The notes under the pieces: generated by a model | Database searches by the model: none | The model's input: only the letters and a program-made list of their open reading frames with translations | What the model was told of the DNA's origin: nothing | In this document: positions 39,260-50,776 of the stretch, piece by piece | Layout of the letters: each line of letters starts with the position of its first letter | Numbering within the stretch: position 1 is the first letter of the stretch | Program-made: the position numbers and the translations under genes | From: Botryllus schlosseri | Lineage: Eukaryota | DNA length: 64,000 bases | Direction of reading: 5' to 3' | Assembly: GCA_051294905.1 (NCBI GenBank) | Contig: CM119371.1 | Location: forward strand, 35,280,001 to 35,344,000

Positions 39260-40435
39260 AGTACAAATATAGGCATTGCGGAAACGTTGAAGTTGGAGCA
39301 CGAATTAAACTCTTTCATTGTTGAAGAAGCATAATTTCTCTCAGTCAACAACCATGAATGTATATGTTCTAGAAAACGTCATTATTTTTAGGCATTTTAA
39401 AATTATGTTCGTTGTTTACCGCTGTACCACTTGAAAACAGTCAAATTACTGCCGTTTTATGAGTTAATTACTATGATTGTAGTTCAACCACATTTTGTCA
39501 GAATTTAAAGCTATCCGAGAATGAGCAGGTGTGGGGAGATCCGATTTCCATACGCAATTGAGACCAGTCCTCACATCTTGGAGGCTTTCGCATATCAAAC
39601 CAATAATTATTCCCTATGCGGCTCAAGGCAAAGAAATCCGTTCATCATTATTGGAACAAGTTGACTTTTACCGGTCTCGAAAAAGATTAGCTACTTAGCC
39701 ACTTTTTAATACTATGAGATCGCTACCCCATAGTTTCACAACTTCACGCTTCTGCAGCCTCACTACTTTGAAACGTAACAATTGGTTTATTGTGAAGTGA
39801 ACTCTATATTCTGTGTGACAATTAAAATTATGGTTTATCTGTAATCTCAGCAACTGCAGATTGAGTGAAGGTAACCATGACACTTTATTAGTCGAAGGCA
39901 TGGTGATATGTAGGCTGTATGTCAGTCGTCACTAAATTCAAATTGCATGTTGACTGCCGTAGTCACATGCTAGTTGAATTACGTTTACACAACTGTATAT
40001 TCCTCTTTGTGCGTTGTATAGTATACTTGAATTGTCACTCTCCAACCAGTGATTGCATGTCTTTGTCGAAACTGCTGAGAAAACAATATCAATATTAAGG
40101 TGCATTATACTATTTGTATCACGAAGTGTTACAGCATGCTGATATGGCTTGTCGATATGTAATTCTTTTGACAATGATTTCTTCATTTCCTTTGATTCTA
40201 TTGCTTTATTTGTATGATATGCATGTATGGCGGTTGCACTTTCTATCGGTGCTCTTTGTTTAGATCACGTACCCGCATATCAGATTGTGCCAGACGGTCA
40301 CTAAGCTAAATCGTATTGGCCAAAGGGAGCTGGGAAAAATTACATTCGTAACACTTTAAACGTGAAGATTTGCACTCGTTCAAGATCGTTGATGCGATAT
40401 TTTCAAGAAATAATTCATATAACCACAACTTTCAT

Positions 40436-41040
40436 ATGGACATGTGTGCTGGCATCAAGAATTATAAATGTGATATATGTGAAAAAGCATTTACATCGGA
40501 ATATACCCGCAGGCTTCATTTGGACAGACATGCTGGCATCAATAATAAATGTGATATTTGTGGAAAATCATTTTCTCAGAAGAGCTACCTCAAGTATCAT
40601 TTGGGCATGCATGCTGGCGTCACAGTCATAAGTGTGATATATGCGGTAAAACATTTGCATCAAAAGGTAACCTGAAGCTTCATTTGGATATGAATGCTGG
40701 CATCAAAATCAAATAAATGTGATATATGTGGAAAAGCATTCACTCAGATGGGCAACCTCAAGCGTCATACGGTTGTGTGCGGGCAGCAAAAATCATGAAT
40801 GTGATATTTGTGGTGAAGCATTTACTTGGACGGGTGACCTTATGCTTCATTTGAACATGCATGCTGATGTCACAAAAAATAAGTGTGATATATGTGGTTA
40901 GGCAGTAATATCCAAAGGTAACATCAAGCTTCATTTGGACATGCATGCTTGCATCAAAAATAATCAATGTGATATTTGTGGTAAAGCATTTACTCGGAAG
41001 GGTAAATTCAAGCTTCATTGGGACAGAGATGCTGGGGTGA
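40436..41040 (+). pseudogene. ZF-f, frameshifted and internally deleted paralog of ZF-h (49664-50776)
   Basis: Fingers 1-3 join directly to the terminal HTVVC finger (9 fingers missing); frameshifts at ~40625 and ~40710; stop codon in downstream fingers. Confidence 0.82.
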
Positions 41041-43179
41041 CAAAAATTCCGTGCATCACTATTTGAGCAAGTCGACTTTTTCTGGTCTTAAAAAAGATTT
41101 GCAACTTGACCAGATGCTGCTTTTGTTATGACAGCGCTACCCCATAGTTTGTCAACCTCTGAACAAACGCTTTTGTGGCGTCACGACGTTGAAACGGAAC
41201 AAGTGGATTATTGTGAAGTAAATTCTTTGTTCTGTGTGACGAGTTGAATGATGTTTTATCATCATATTGCGAATAGCTTTTATTTCTTGCGCCAATGGTG
41301 ACAGGTGATTTCATCACTCCCTTGTTTACTTCGCTACTGTACCCATCATGAAAATGGAGATGTGTTAGCTTGCGGATTTGGTAAAGTTTGCCATGATACT
41401 TTAACAGTCAAGGGCATGGTGACATGTAGGCTGTGTATGTCAGTCGCGATAGTCAGCAGTCTAAAAATTCAAATTGCATGCTGACAGCCGACAATGCATG
41501 CATGTTGAATTACGTGTACACATCGTGCGAACACCTTTCTTTCAATTGATAGCAATGTGTTGTTGTGTGTACTTGAATTGGCAGTCCCCAACCCTTGGTC
41601 CGATAAATTTTTGATTTGCCGCATACTGTGTTTTGGTGACTCTAAGACAGGGGTGGGCACCGTTCTGTGCCGCCTGCGGGAGTCTGAAGAAACATATCAA
41701 AAAATATCGATAAAATGCATACTTAAAATCGAAATAATGCAAGGACTTCATTAAACTTTTTCTTAGTATATTTCACTATGATAATTCTATGGCAGTGGTT
41801 CTCAAACTGGACGCTCGCCCCCCTCGGGGGCGTGAAAGTATCAGAAGGGGTCGCGAAGCTGAGCTCAACTGAAAAAAAAATCGCGCTTGACCCGATTTAC
41901 AGCCACTCATAGTTATTGCTCTGTATTTAGTTCGAATTTTATATTTCAAAACCTCTAATCCACACTCGTAACCTCCCTTGCCAGTACACTATCCATTTGA
42001 CTGGCTAGCATCCTGGTTGCGTTTTGTGATATGCCGGTAAGTGGTGCGCGAAATCTTTCGCCATCATAATGGGGGGAGGGTGTCTTGAAAAGTTTGATAA
42101 TCGCTGTTCTAAGGTAAATACTCCTCAAATCATTTTTTATGTTCAATTTCTGGCGCGACAGCCCGATTTCAAGGCCGACACATTTTGAAAGGTTTTAACT
42201 GCTTAACATCACAGAAATCTAAATGAGATTTTACCAAATTCGGATCAGTAGTGTGATTTAAGATTGACCACTCCAGTTCTATTTTATTTCAGTAATGTGC
42301 TTATAAAAAACGATTCGCACGTGTCTTAGGTAGATTCGTTATCTGTATGCGTAGAATTAGGGTATTCATATTTTATCTACGTACAGTAGAAGCGTGCCTG
42401 AATCTAACATGGTTATTATGCTGTCAGCATTGTGTGTCCTGGAACTGAACCAATAGTGGAAATCTTTGGCCTTCTTGGTCTTCTGGCCGCTCTATGGTCG
42501 GTGTCACACTGTCACACCCATTCTTAAGCAGCTACTTTTAAACGCTTTGCCCAACGGCAATGATATCAAGCAAATGAAAATTACGTTAGATGTGTACTGC
42601 TGCCCTGTGCTGAACCATTCAATTTACTGCCTTTCTATGAGTTGATTACTGTAATATTAGTTCAACTATATTTTTTCGGTATTCAAGAAAGTGTAAGTGT
42701 GAGGGGGTATCTGATTTCCATACGCAATCGACTCATGTCCTCAGATTAAAAAGCAATATATTGTCTAGTGTACTTGGATCAGCGCTCCCAACCCTTGCAC
42801 GCATGCCTTTGTCGAAATTGCTGAGAAAATACAATCAATATTTGAAGTACATTATGCTGTTTGTTTTACAAAGTGTTTACCTGCCGATATGTAGTCATTT
42901 GGACTGTGATTTGTTCATTTCATTTGTTTCTATTGCTTATTTGTATGATATGCGTGTATGGCGGTTGCGCTTTCTATAATATGATGGTGCTCTTTGTTCA
43001 CATTGCTTACAGACATATCAGATTGTGCCAGGCGGTCATTAAGCTAAGGCATATGTGCCGAACGGAGTAGGGAAAATTTTGCATTCCTGACACTTCAACC
43101 TTGAAGACTTGAACTCAATCAAGATCGTTGATGCGATATTTCGGAATAAAATTCATGTGACCACAAGTTTGATATAGAC

Positions 43180-44217
43180 ATGTATGCTGATATCAAAAAT
43201 CATGAATGTGATATTTGTGGAAAAGCATTTAGTCGAAAATGCGGCCTCAAGCTTCATTTGGACATGCATGCTGAAATCAAAAATCATAAATGTGATACTT
43301 GTGGGAAAACATTCTCATCGAAGAGTTACCTCAAGCTTCATTTGGACATGCATGCTGGCGTCACAAATCATGAGTGTGATATATGTGGAAAATCATTTAC
43401 ATTGGAAGGTAACCTCAAGCGTCATTTGGACATGCATTCTGGCATCAAAAATCATAAGTGTGAAATTTGTGGGAAAGGATTTAATCAGAAGGGTGACCTC
43501 CAGCGTCATTCGGACATGCATGCTGGGGTCACAAATCATAAGTGTGTTATATGTGGAAAATCATTTTTAATGATGGGTAGCCTCAAGATACATCTGAAAG
43601 TGCATGCTGGCGCTAGAAATCATGAATGTGATATTTGTGGGAAAGCATTTACTCAACTGTTTCATCTGAAGCTTCATTTGGACATGCATGCTGGCATCAA
43701 AAATCATGAATGTGGTATTTGTGGAAAAAGATTTATCCATAAGGGTGACCTCAAGTTTCATTCGGACAGACATGCCGGCGTCACAAATCATGAATGTGAT
43801 ATATGTGGAAAAGCATTTACATTGAATGGTGAACTCAAGCGTCATTTGGACATGCATTTGGGCATCAATAATCTTGAATGTGATATTTGTGGGAAAATAT
43901 TTACTCATCAGGGTTACCTCAAGCTTCATTCACGCAGGCATGCTGACGTCACAAATCATAAGTGTGATATATGCGGAAAAGCCTTTACATCAAAGGATCA
44001 CCTCAAGCGTCATTTGAACGTGCATGCTGGAATCAAAAATCATAAATGTGATATTTGTGGAAAAGCATTTAATCGGAAATGGGGCCTCAAGCGTCATTTG
44101 GACATGCATGCTGGAATCAAAAATCATAAATGTGATATTTGTGGAAAAGCATTTATAACGAAGAGTAACCTTGAGTGTCATTTGAAAGTGCATGCTGGAA
44201 TCAAAAATCAAATGTGA
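43180..44217 (+). CDS. C2H2 zinc-finger protein ZF-g, 12 intact fingers (frameshift-truncated)
   Basis: ATG-initiated frame. It ends where aatcaaatgtgac lacks 2 nt relative to NQKC; decayed fingers continue to ~44700. Confidence 0.82.
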   Translation: MYADIKNHECDICGKAFSRKCGLKLHLDMHAEIKNHKCDTCGKTFSSKSYLKLHLDMHAGVTNHECDICGKSFTLEGNLKRHLDMHSGIKNHKCEICGKGFNQKGDLQRHSDMHAGVTNHKCVICGKSFLMMGSLKIHLKVHAGARNHECDICGKAFTQLFHLKLHLDMHAGIKNHECGICGKRFIHKGDLKFHSDRHAGVTNHECDICGKAFTLNGELKRHLDMHLGINNLECDICGKIFTHQGYLKLHSRRHADVTNHKCDICGKAFTSKDHLKRHLNVHAGIKNHKCDICGKAFNRKWGLKRHLDMHAGIKNHKCDICGKAFITKSNLECHLKVHAGIKNQM

Positions 44218-44735
44218 CATTTGTGGAAAAGCATTTACCCAGCAAGTTGACCTCCAGCATCATTCGGATAAGCATGCTGGCGTCACAGATCATAAGTGCG
44301 ACATATCGGGAAAAGCATTTACATCAAAGCAATAACTCAAACATCATTTCGACTTGCATGCTGATGTCACAATCTGAAGTGTGATAAATATGGATAAGCA
44401 TTAGCATTGATAGGTAACCTCCAGTGTCATTTGAACGAACATGCTGGCATTAAAAAAATCATGAATGTGATATTTGTGGAAAAGCATTAATATCGGAAAT
44501 AGCACCCAAGCATCATTCAGACAGACATGCTGGCATCAAAAATTTTTATTGTGGTGTTTGTGGGAAAGCATTTACATCGAATATGGCTCTCAAGCTTTAT
44601 ATGGGCACGCATGCTGGCATTAGTCATGAATGCGATATATGTGGAAAATCATTTACTCAGAAAAGCAACCTGAAGCATCACACGGTTGCGTGCTGATGTG
44701 AAATATCAAAAATGTGATATTTACTGTGTAGGGTG

Positions 44736-46134
44736 CAGACATGGGGTGATTACTTCGTAAATGTAATCGAATGCGATTACGATTACTTCCTACCCACACA
44801 ATTACGATTACAGCAAAATCCCCGGTAATTGATTACGATTACAACACAAAAGTAATCACGATTACACACGATTACATTTATTTTGTATCCTTGTATCGAC
44901 GTGTTCAAACGAAATGTTGCAACAATGTAGCCAGGGATATCTAGATATCCCTGCATGTAGCATGTAGCACAGACCTTTAAATACCTTTATTACATTTGAT
45001 AAACAGAAGAGTTTCAAATCGCTTATCTGTTAAGCGACATCGATCTGGCTTGAAAACCCTCCCACCAACGCTATAAAGCCGTTCCACGGTCGACGATGTT
45101 GCAGGCCCCGGCAAATATAAAATGGCTAATTTCGCTAGCGTCGGCATCGATGCTTCATGAATATTCCAAAATTTCACGGGACCCGAGTCGTCTGATAAGC
45201 AAGGCTCGGCTAAATACTTGCTCAGTTCTTAGTCAATCGTTGAGCCGCGAGAGGTGCAAGCGCTGTTCGAAGATCTGCAACCCATGTAATTAAATAGTTT
45301 GCATCTTTTAACCGGAACATCAGTGTCAGTGGTGGTTGGCTGTTGTTTGATGTCGTACGAGACATTTCACCCTTGATTAATTCATGCAGCGCAGACAACT
45401 CGTCTTCTTTGCACGACACGCCTTTAAAACGCGGATCAAGTATTGCAGCTAATCGGAACACCTTCTCCTTGTCATAAGCCACGAATCGCAACTTCAGCGA
45501 ATGACGAAAAGTATTAATGATACGGTTGAAGTTACTATTGTTGTAATATTTCGCATGCATCTCATCAAGCTCTGATTGCAATCATCGAATACAGGGTATG
45601 ACAAAACTTGAGGTGACTATTTTATCTCCTTGCGCTTTATCAGTTGCCGTATCAAACGGACTCAAAATTTCGCATAAACAGCTCATGTACAGTAAGCTTG
45701 TGATGAGTCATGGTAAATCATGCAGAACGTCATGGGGAACTTCTAGAACCGATTTGATCATTCTTAGTTCGGGATTCCATCTCGTTGCATTTGCTGTTTG
45801 GAGCTTTTTGAAGTCTTTCAATCGCTCGGTGGCGTGCGTTGATTTACGAACGTGAGCCATAATGTTGGACGCTTTACTGATTACTTTACCCAAATTGGAT
45901 GCTTCTTTCATACCGTCTTGACGCATTAATACTATTACCTTGTTAACAGTGCCGACGTTCCCACAATTTATATGTACTAACATCACGGCACAATTGTATT
46001 TCCGACTCGCGTTCGCGACTTACTGTCAATCAGTAAGAGTAATCGCGTTTTTACGAAATAATCGATCCAATCCAATCGATTACGATTACGATTACTTGGA
46101 AATGCTGTAATCGATTACGATTACCCCATGTCTG
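44736..46134 (-). mobile_element. Internally deleted hAT (Ac/ZBED-like) transposon
   Basis: TIR cagacatggggtgat / attaccccatgtctg (14/15); TSD gtagggtg / ctagggtg; gattac subterminal repeats; empty site at ~29368 (gtagtgtgccctccaac). Confidence 0.93.
44977..45986 (-). pseudogene. hAT transposase remnant (C-terminal half with dimerisation domain)
   Basis: Three broken ORFs with ATRWN, AAILDPRFK and FWNIHEASMPTLAKLAILYLPGPATSSTVERLYSVGG…RCRL motifs. Confidence 0.9.
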
Positions 46135-47771
46135 CTAGGGTGCCCTCCAACTTCATTATTTTATTAATCATTCACTCTAGTCCATAACAATAGTGTATAT
46201 TGTATATGTTTTGTAAAACGTGGGGAGATCCGATTTCCATGCGCAATCAAAAATTCCGTACATCACTATTGGAGCAAGTCGACTTTTACTGGTCTTAAAA
46301 ACGATTCACAACTTTACCACTTGCTCTTGCCACGACAGCGCTACCCCATAGTTTGCCAACCTCTTGTCAACAGCTTTTGTAGCCTCACGACATTGAAACG
46401 GAACAAGTGGATTATTGTGAAGTGAATTCTATGTTCTGTGTGACGAGTAAAATGATGGTTTATCATAATATTGCGAAGAGCTTTTATTTCTTGCGCCATT
46501 TGTGACAGGTGATTTCATTACTCCCTTGTTTACTACGCTATCATACCCAATATGAAAATGGAGATGTGTGGGCTTGCGGATCTGGTAAAGGTTGCCATGA
46601 TCCTTAAATAATCAAGGGCATGGTGACATGTAGGCTGTGTATGTCAAATGCGATAGTCAGTACTCGCCAAATCAAAATTGCATATTGACAGCCGTCAAGA
46701 CTTTCATATTGAAGTACGTGTACACACCGTGCATATGTTCTTCATTGTCAATTGGCTGGCCGCCGCTAACGTACAGTGAACACCTTTCTTTCAATGGCTA
46801 GCAATGTGTTGTTGTGTGTACTGGAAGTGGCAGTCCCCAACCCTTGATCCGATAAATTTTTAGTTGGTCGCATAGTGTGTTTTGGTAACTCTAAGACAGG
46901 GTGGGCACCGTTCTGTGCAGCCCGCAAGAGTCTGAAGAAACTCATGAAAAATATTGATAAAATGCGTAGGCTACTTGAAATCGAATTAATGCAAGGACTT
47001 GATTAAACTTTTTCTTGGTATATTTCACTATGATAATTCTAAGTCAGTGGCTCTCAAACTAGGGGCTCCCCCCTTGGGTACGTGAAAGCATCAGACGAGG
47101 TCGCGAAGCTGAGCTCAACTGAAAAAAAATTCTCGCCGGGCGCGATTTACATCCACTCATAGTTATTGCTCTGTATTTAGTTGGAATTTTATATTTCAAA
47201 ACCTCTAATCCACAGTCGTAACCTTCCATGCCATCACACTATCCGTTTGACTTGCTAGCATCCTGGTTGCGTTTCGTGATATGACGGTAAGGGGTGCGCG
47301 AAATCTTTCACCATCATAAGGGGGGAGGGTTACTTAAAAAGTTTGAGAATCGCTGTTCTAAGGTAAATACTTCTCAATCATTTTTTATGTTCAATTTCTG
47401 GCGCGACAGCCCGATTTCAAGGCCCACGCATTTCGAAAGGTGTTTAACTGCTACAGTATACTGGTATAGATTAGTGCTATGTAGTCCACTGGACCATCGT
47501 TTGTGTATTTCATTTGATTCTGTTGATATATTTTTATGATATACAAGTATATTGGTTGTGCTGTAAATAATCTAATGATGCTCTTTGTATAGATTACTTA
47601 TCAACATGTCAGCTTTTGCCAGACGATCACTAAGCTACGGCATACGGCCGAATAAAGTTGGGAAAAATTTTGCATTCCCAACACTTAAAATATGAAGACT
47701 TGGACTCGTTCAAGATCGTTGATGCGACATCCCTAACAATAAATTCATATGACCTGAAGTTTCATATAGAC

Positions 47772-48000
47772 ATGCATGCTGGTATCTAAAATCATGAATG
47801 TGATGTTTGTGGAAAAGCATTTTCCTGGAAGAGCGACCTCAAGATTCATTTGAACACGCATGCTAGAGTTGTAAAGTATTTACTCAGAAGTGAATCCTCG
47901 TTCGTCACTTAGACAGTCATGCTGGCGTCAGTCATAGGTGTGGTATATGTGAAGAATCAGATACAATCTCTTGCGTCATATGGTTGCATCACATGTCGGA
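47772..48000 (+). pseudogene. Short decayed ZF array remnant
   Basis: 5' module, MHAGI* stop, one intact-looking finger (WKSDLKIHLNTH), then deleted fingers ending RHMVAS. Confidence 0.7.
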
Positions 48001-48489
48001 AATCTGGTATATACTGGAAAGAGTGCCCCCAGCTTCATATGATTATTCATCAGTCATACTAGTCCAGCTGTTCTCAAACTTTTTACGACACGCCCCCTCG
48101 ATTATAGTGAAGAATTTTGCGCCTCCTTATTGCAATCCCAAGGCATTGTTAGGGCATGAAAGATGGTATTGGTGTTGAGATACTTCTCAAATATGGAAAT
48201 GGTACCATACACAGAGCAAGAATTACGAGATAAATTTCCAGTTGAATATTTTGAAATCATGTTCAATAGTAGCATGTAGCAAATAGATATTTTAATGCTA
48301 TTACCCCACTTGTGTCTAGCTCAAATGTACCTGACCATAAGCAAAGTCAGTTGCATTTCTTTGAAGGGTACCTTCTGATCAGCGTAAGGTTTGGTGTCAA
48401 TCAAAATCTTGCATCAGTGTATGAATGGTACAACGCCATGATGACATTTCAAGTCGAAAAATAAGTACAAATAAGACATTGTTGGAACT

Positions 48490-49040
48490 TGGAAGTTGAA
48501 GCACGAATTAAACTCATTCATTGTTGAAGAAACATCATTTCTCTCAGTCAACAACTATGAATGTATATGTTCTAGAAAAGGTAATATATTTATGCATTTA
48601 AAAATTACGTTTGATGTTTACCGCTCACGTCAAAACAGTCAAATTACTGCCTTTTTATGTGTTAATTACTCTGATTGTAGTTCGACCACATTTTGTCAGA
48701 ATTTAAAGCTGTCCGAGAATGTGCAGGTGTGGGGAGATCCGATTTCCATACGCGATTGAGACCAGTCCTCACATTTCGGAGGCTTTCGCATATCAAACTA
48801 ATAATTATTCCGCATGCGTCTCAAAGCAAAGAAATTCGTACATCGTTATTGGAACAAGTTGACTTTCTGCGGTCTCGAAAAAGATTAGCAACTTTACCAA
48901 TTGTTATTACTATGACATCACTACCCCTTAGTTTGACAACATCGGGTCAAACGTTTCTGTAGCCTCACTACGTTGAAACGGGACAATTGGTTTATTGTAA
49001 AGTGAACTCTATATTCTGTTGGACAATTAAAATTATGGTT
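48490..49040 (+). pseudogene. Putative decayed hAT transposase C-terminal region forming the inter-ZF spacer (representative copy)
   Basis: Read across frameshifts and copies: RFPY…AYQ…IIP…HQYWSKL…RFA/RLATL…LAVTMTSLPHS…VERF(C)SL…K. Copies or partial copies at ~17360-17720, 24775-25190, 29430-29760, 33830-34310, 39290-39850, 41040-41340, 46215-46540, 51020-51300 and 63850-63955. Confidence 0.5.
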
Positions 49041-49663
49041 TATCTGCAATCTCTGCAACTGCAGATTGAGTGAAGGTAGCTATGATACTTTATTAGTCGA
49101 AGGCATGGTGACATGTAGGCTGTATGCCAGTCGCGATAGTCAGTCGTCACTAAATGCAAATTGCATGTTGACGGCCGTAGTCACATGCTAGTTGAATTAC
49201 GTTTACACAACTGTACATATATTCCTCTTCGTGTGTTGTATAGTATACTTGAATTGATGCTCCCCAACCATTGATTGCATGCCTTTGTCGAAATTGCTGT
49301 GAAAATGCTCTCAATATTATGGTACATTATACTGTTTGTATCACGAAGTGTTACAGTATACTGATATGGCTTGTCGATATGTAATTCTTTGGACTATGAT
49401 TTCTTCATTTCATTTGCTTCTATCGCTTTATTTGTATGATATGCATGTATGGCGGTTGCGCTTTCTATAATCTGATGGTGCTCTTTGTTTAGATCACGTA
49501 TCGACACATCAGATGTGCCAGACGGTCACATAGCTAAATAATATTAGCGAAAGGGAGTTGGGAAAAATAACATTCATAGCACTGCAAACGTGAAGACTTG
49601 CACTCGTTCAAGATCGTTGATGCGATATTTCCAAGAAATAATTAATATAACCACAACTTTCCC

Positions 49664-50776
49664 ATGGACATGTGTGCTGGCATCAAGAATAATAAATGTG
49701 ATATATGTGAAAAAGCATTCACATCGAAATGTGCCCTCAGGCTTCATTTGGACAGACATGCTGGCATCAATAATAAATGTGATATTTGTGGGAAAGCATT
49801 TTCTCGTAAGAACTACCTCAAGTTTCATTTAGGCATGCATGCTGGCGTCACAAATCATAAGTGTGATATATGTGGAAAAACATTAGCATCGAAAGGTAAC
49901 CTGAAGCTTCATTTGGATATGCATGCTGGCATCAAAAACCATGAATGTGATATATGCGGGAAAGCATATACCCAAAAATGTTACCTTAAGCTTCATTTGA
50001 ACATGCATGCTGACGTAACAAATCATAAGTGTGATATATGTGGGAAAGCATTTACATCGAAAGGTAATCTCAAGCAACATGTGGACCTACATGCCGGTAT
50101 CAAAAATCATAAATGTTATATTTGCGGTAAAGCATGTACTCAGAAGAGTGACCTGAAGCTTCATTCGGACAGACATGCTGGCGTAACAAATCATGAATGT
50201 GATATATGTGGGAAAGCATTTACTCGGAAGGGTGACCTCAAGGTTCATTTTGACAGACATGCTGGAGTAAAAAATCATAAATGTGATATATGTGGAAGAG
50301 CATTTACTCGGAAGGGTGACCTCAAGTTTCATTTGGACATGCATGCTGACATGAAAAGTCATAAATGTGATATATGTGGGAAAGGATTTACTTGGCTGGT
50401 TGACTTTAGGCGTCATTTGGACAGGCATGTTGGCGTCAATCATAAATGTTATATATGTGGGAAAACATTTACTCGAAAGGTCAGCCTCAGGATTCATTTT
50501 GAGAGGCATGCTGGCGCCAGTTATAAATGTGCTATATGTGGAAAAGCCTTTCCATCAAATAGTAACCTCAAGCAACATCTGGAAATGCATACCGGCATCA
50601 GAACTAGTAAATGTGATATTTGTGGAAAAGCATTTACTCACAAGGGTAACCTCAAGCGTCATTTGGACACGCATGCTGGCATCAAAATCCATAAATGTGA
50701 TATATGCGGAAAAGCATTCACTCGGATGGGCAACCTCAAGCGTCACACGGTTGTGTGCGGGCAGCAAAAATCATGA
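49664..50776 (+). CDS. C2H2 zinc-finger protein ZF-h, 13 fingers (last is C2HC)
   Basis: ATG-initiated open frame ending HTVVCGQQKS; out-of-frame decayed fingers follow to ~51020. Confidence 0.88.
   Translation: MDMCAGIKNNKCDICEKAFTSKCALRLHLDRHAGINNKCDICGKAFSRKNYLKFHLGMHAGVTNHKCDICGKTLASKGNLKLHLDMHAGIKNHECDICGKAYTQKCYLKLHLNMHADVTNHKCDICGKAFTSKGNLKQHVDLHAGIKNHKCYICGKACTQKSDLKLHSDRHAGVTNHECDICGKAFTRKGDLKVHFDRHAGVKNHKCDICGRAFTRKGDLKFHLDMHADMKSHKCDICGKGFTWLVDFRRHLDRHVGVNHKCYICGKTFTRKVSLRIHFERHAGASYKCAICGKAFPSNSNLKQHLEMHTGIRTSKCDICGKAFTHKGNLKRHLDTHAGIKIHKCDICGKAFTRMGNLKRHTVVCGQQKS

Larger units (their letters stand above)
36765..43460 (+). repeat. Segmental duplication, copy 1 (paralog ~48380-53390)
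   Basis: Colinear homology. Track ORFs 42761/52690 (72 aa) and 42861/52790 (69 aa) are identical, at offset 9929. Confidence 0.9.
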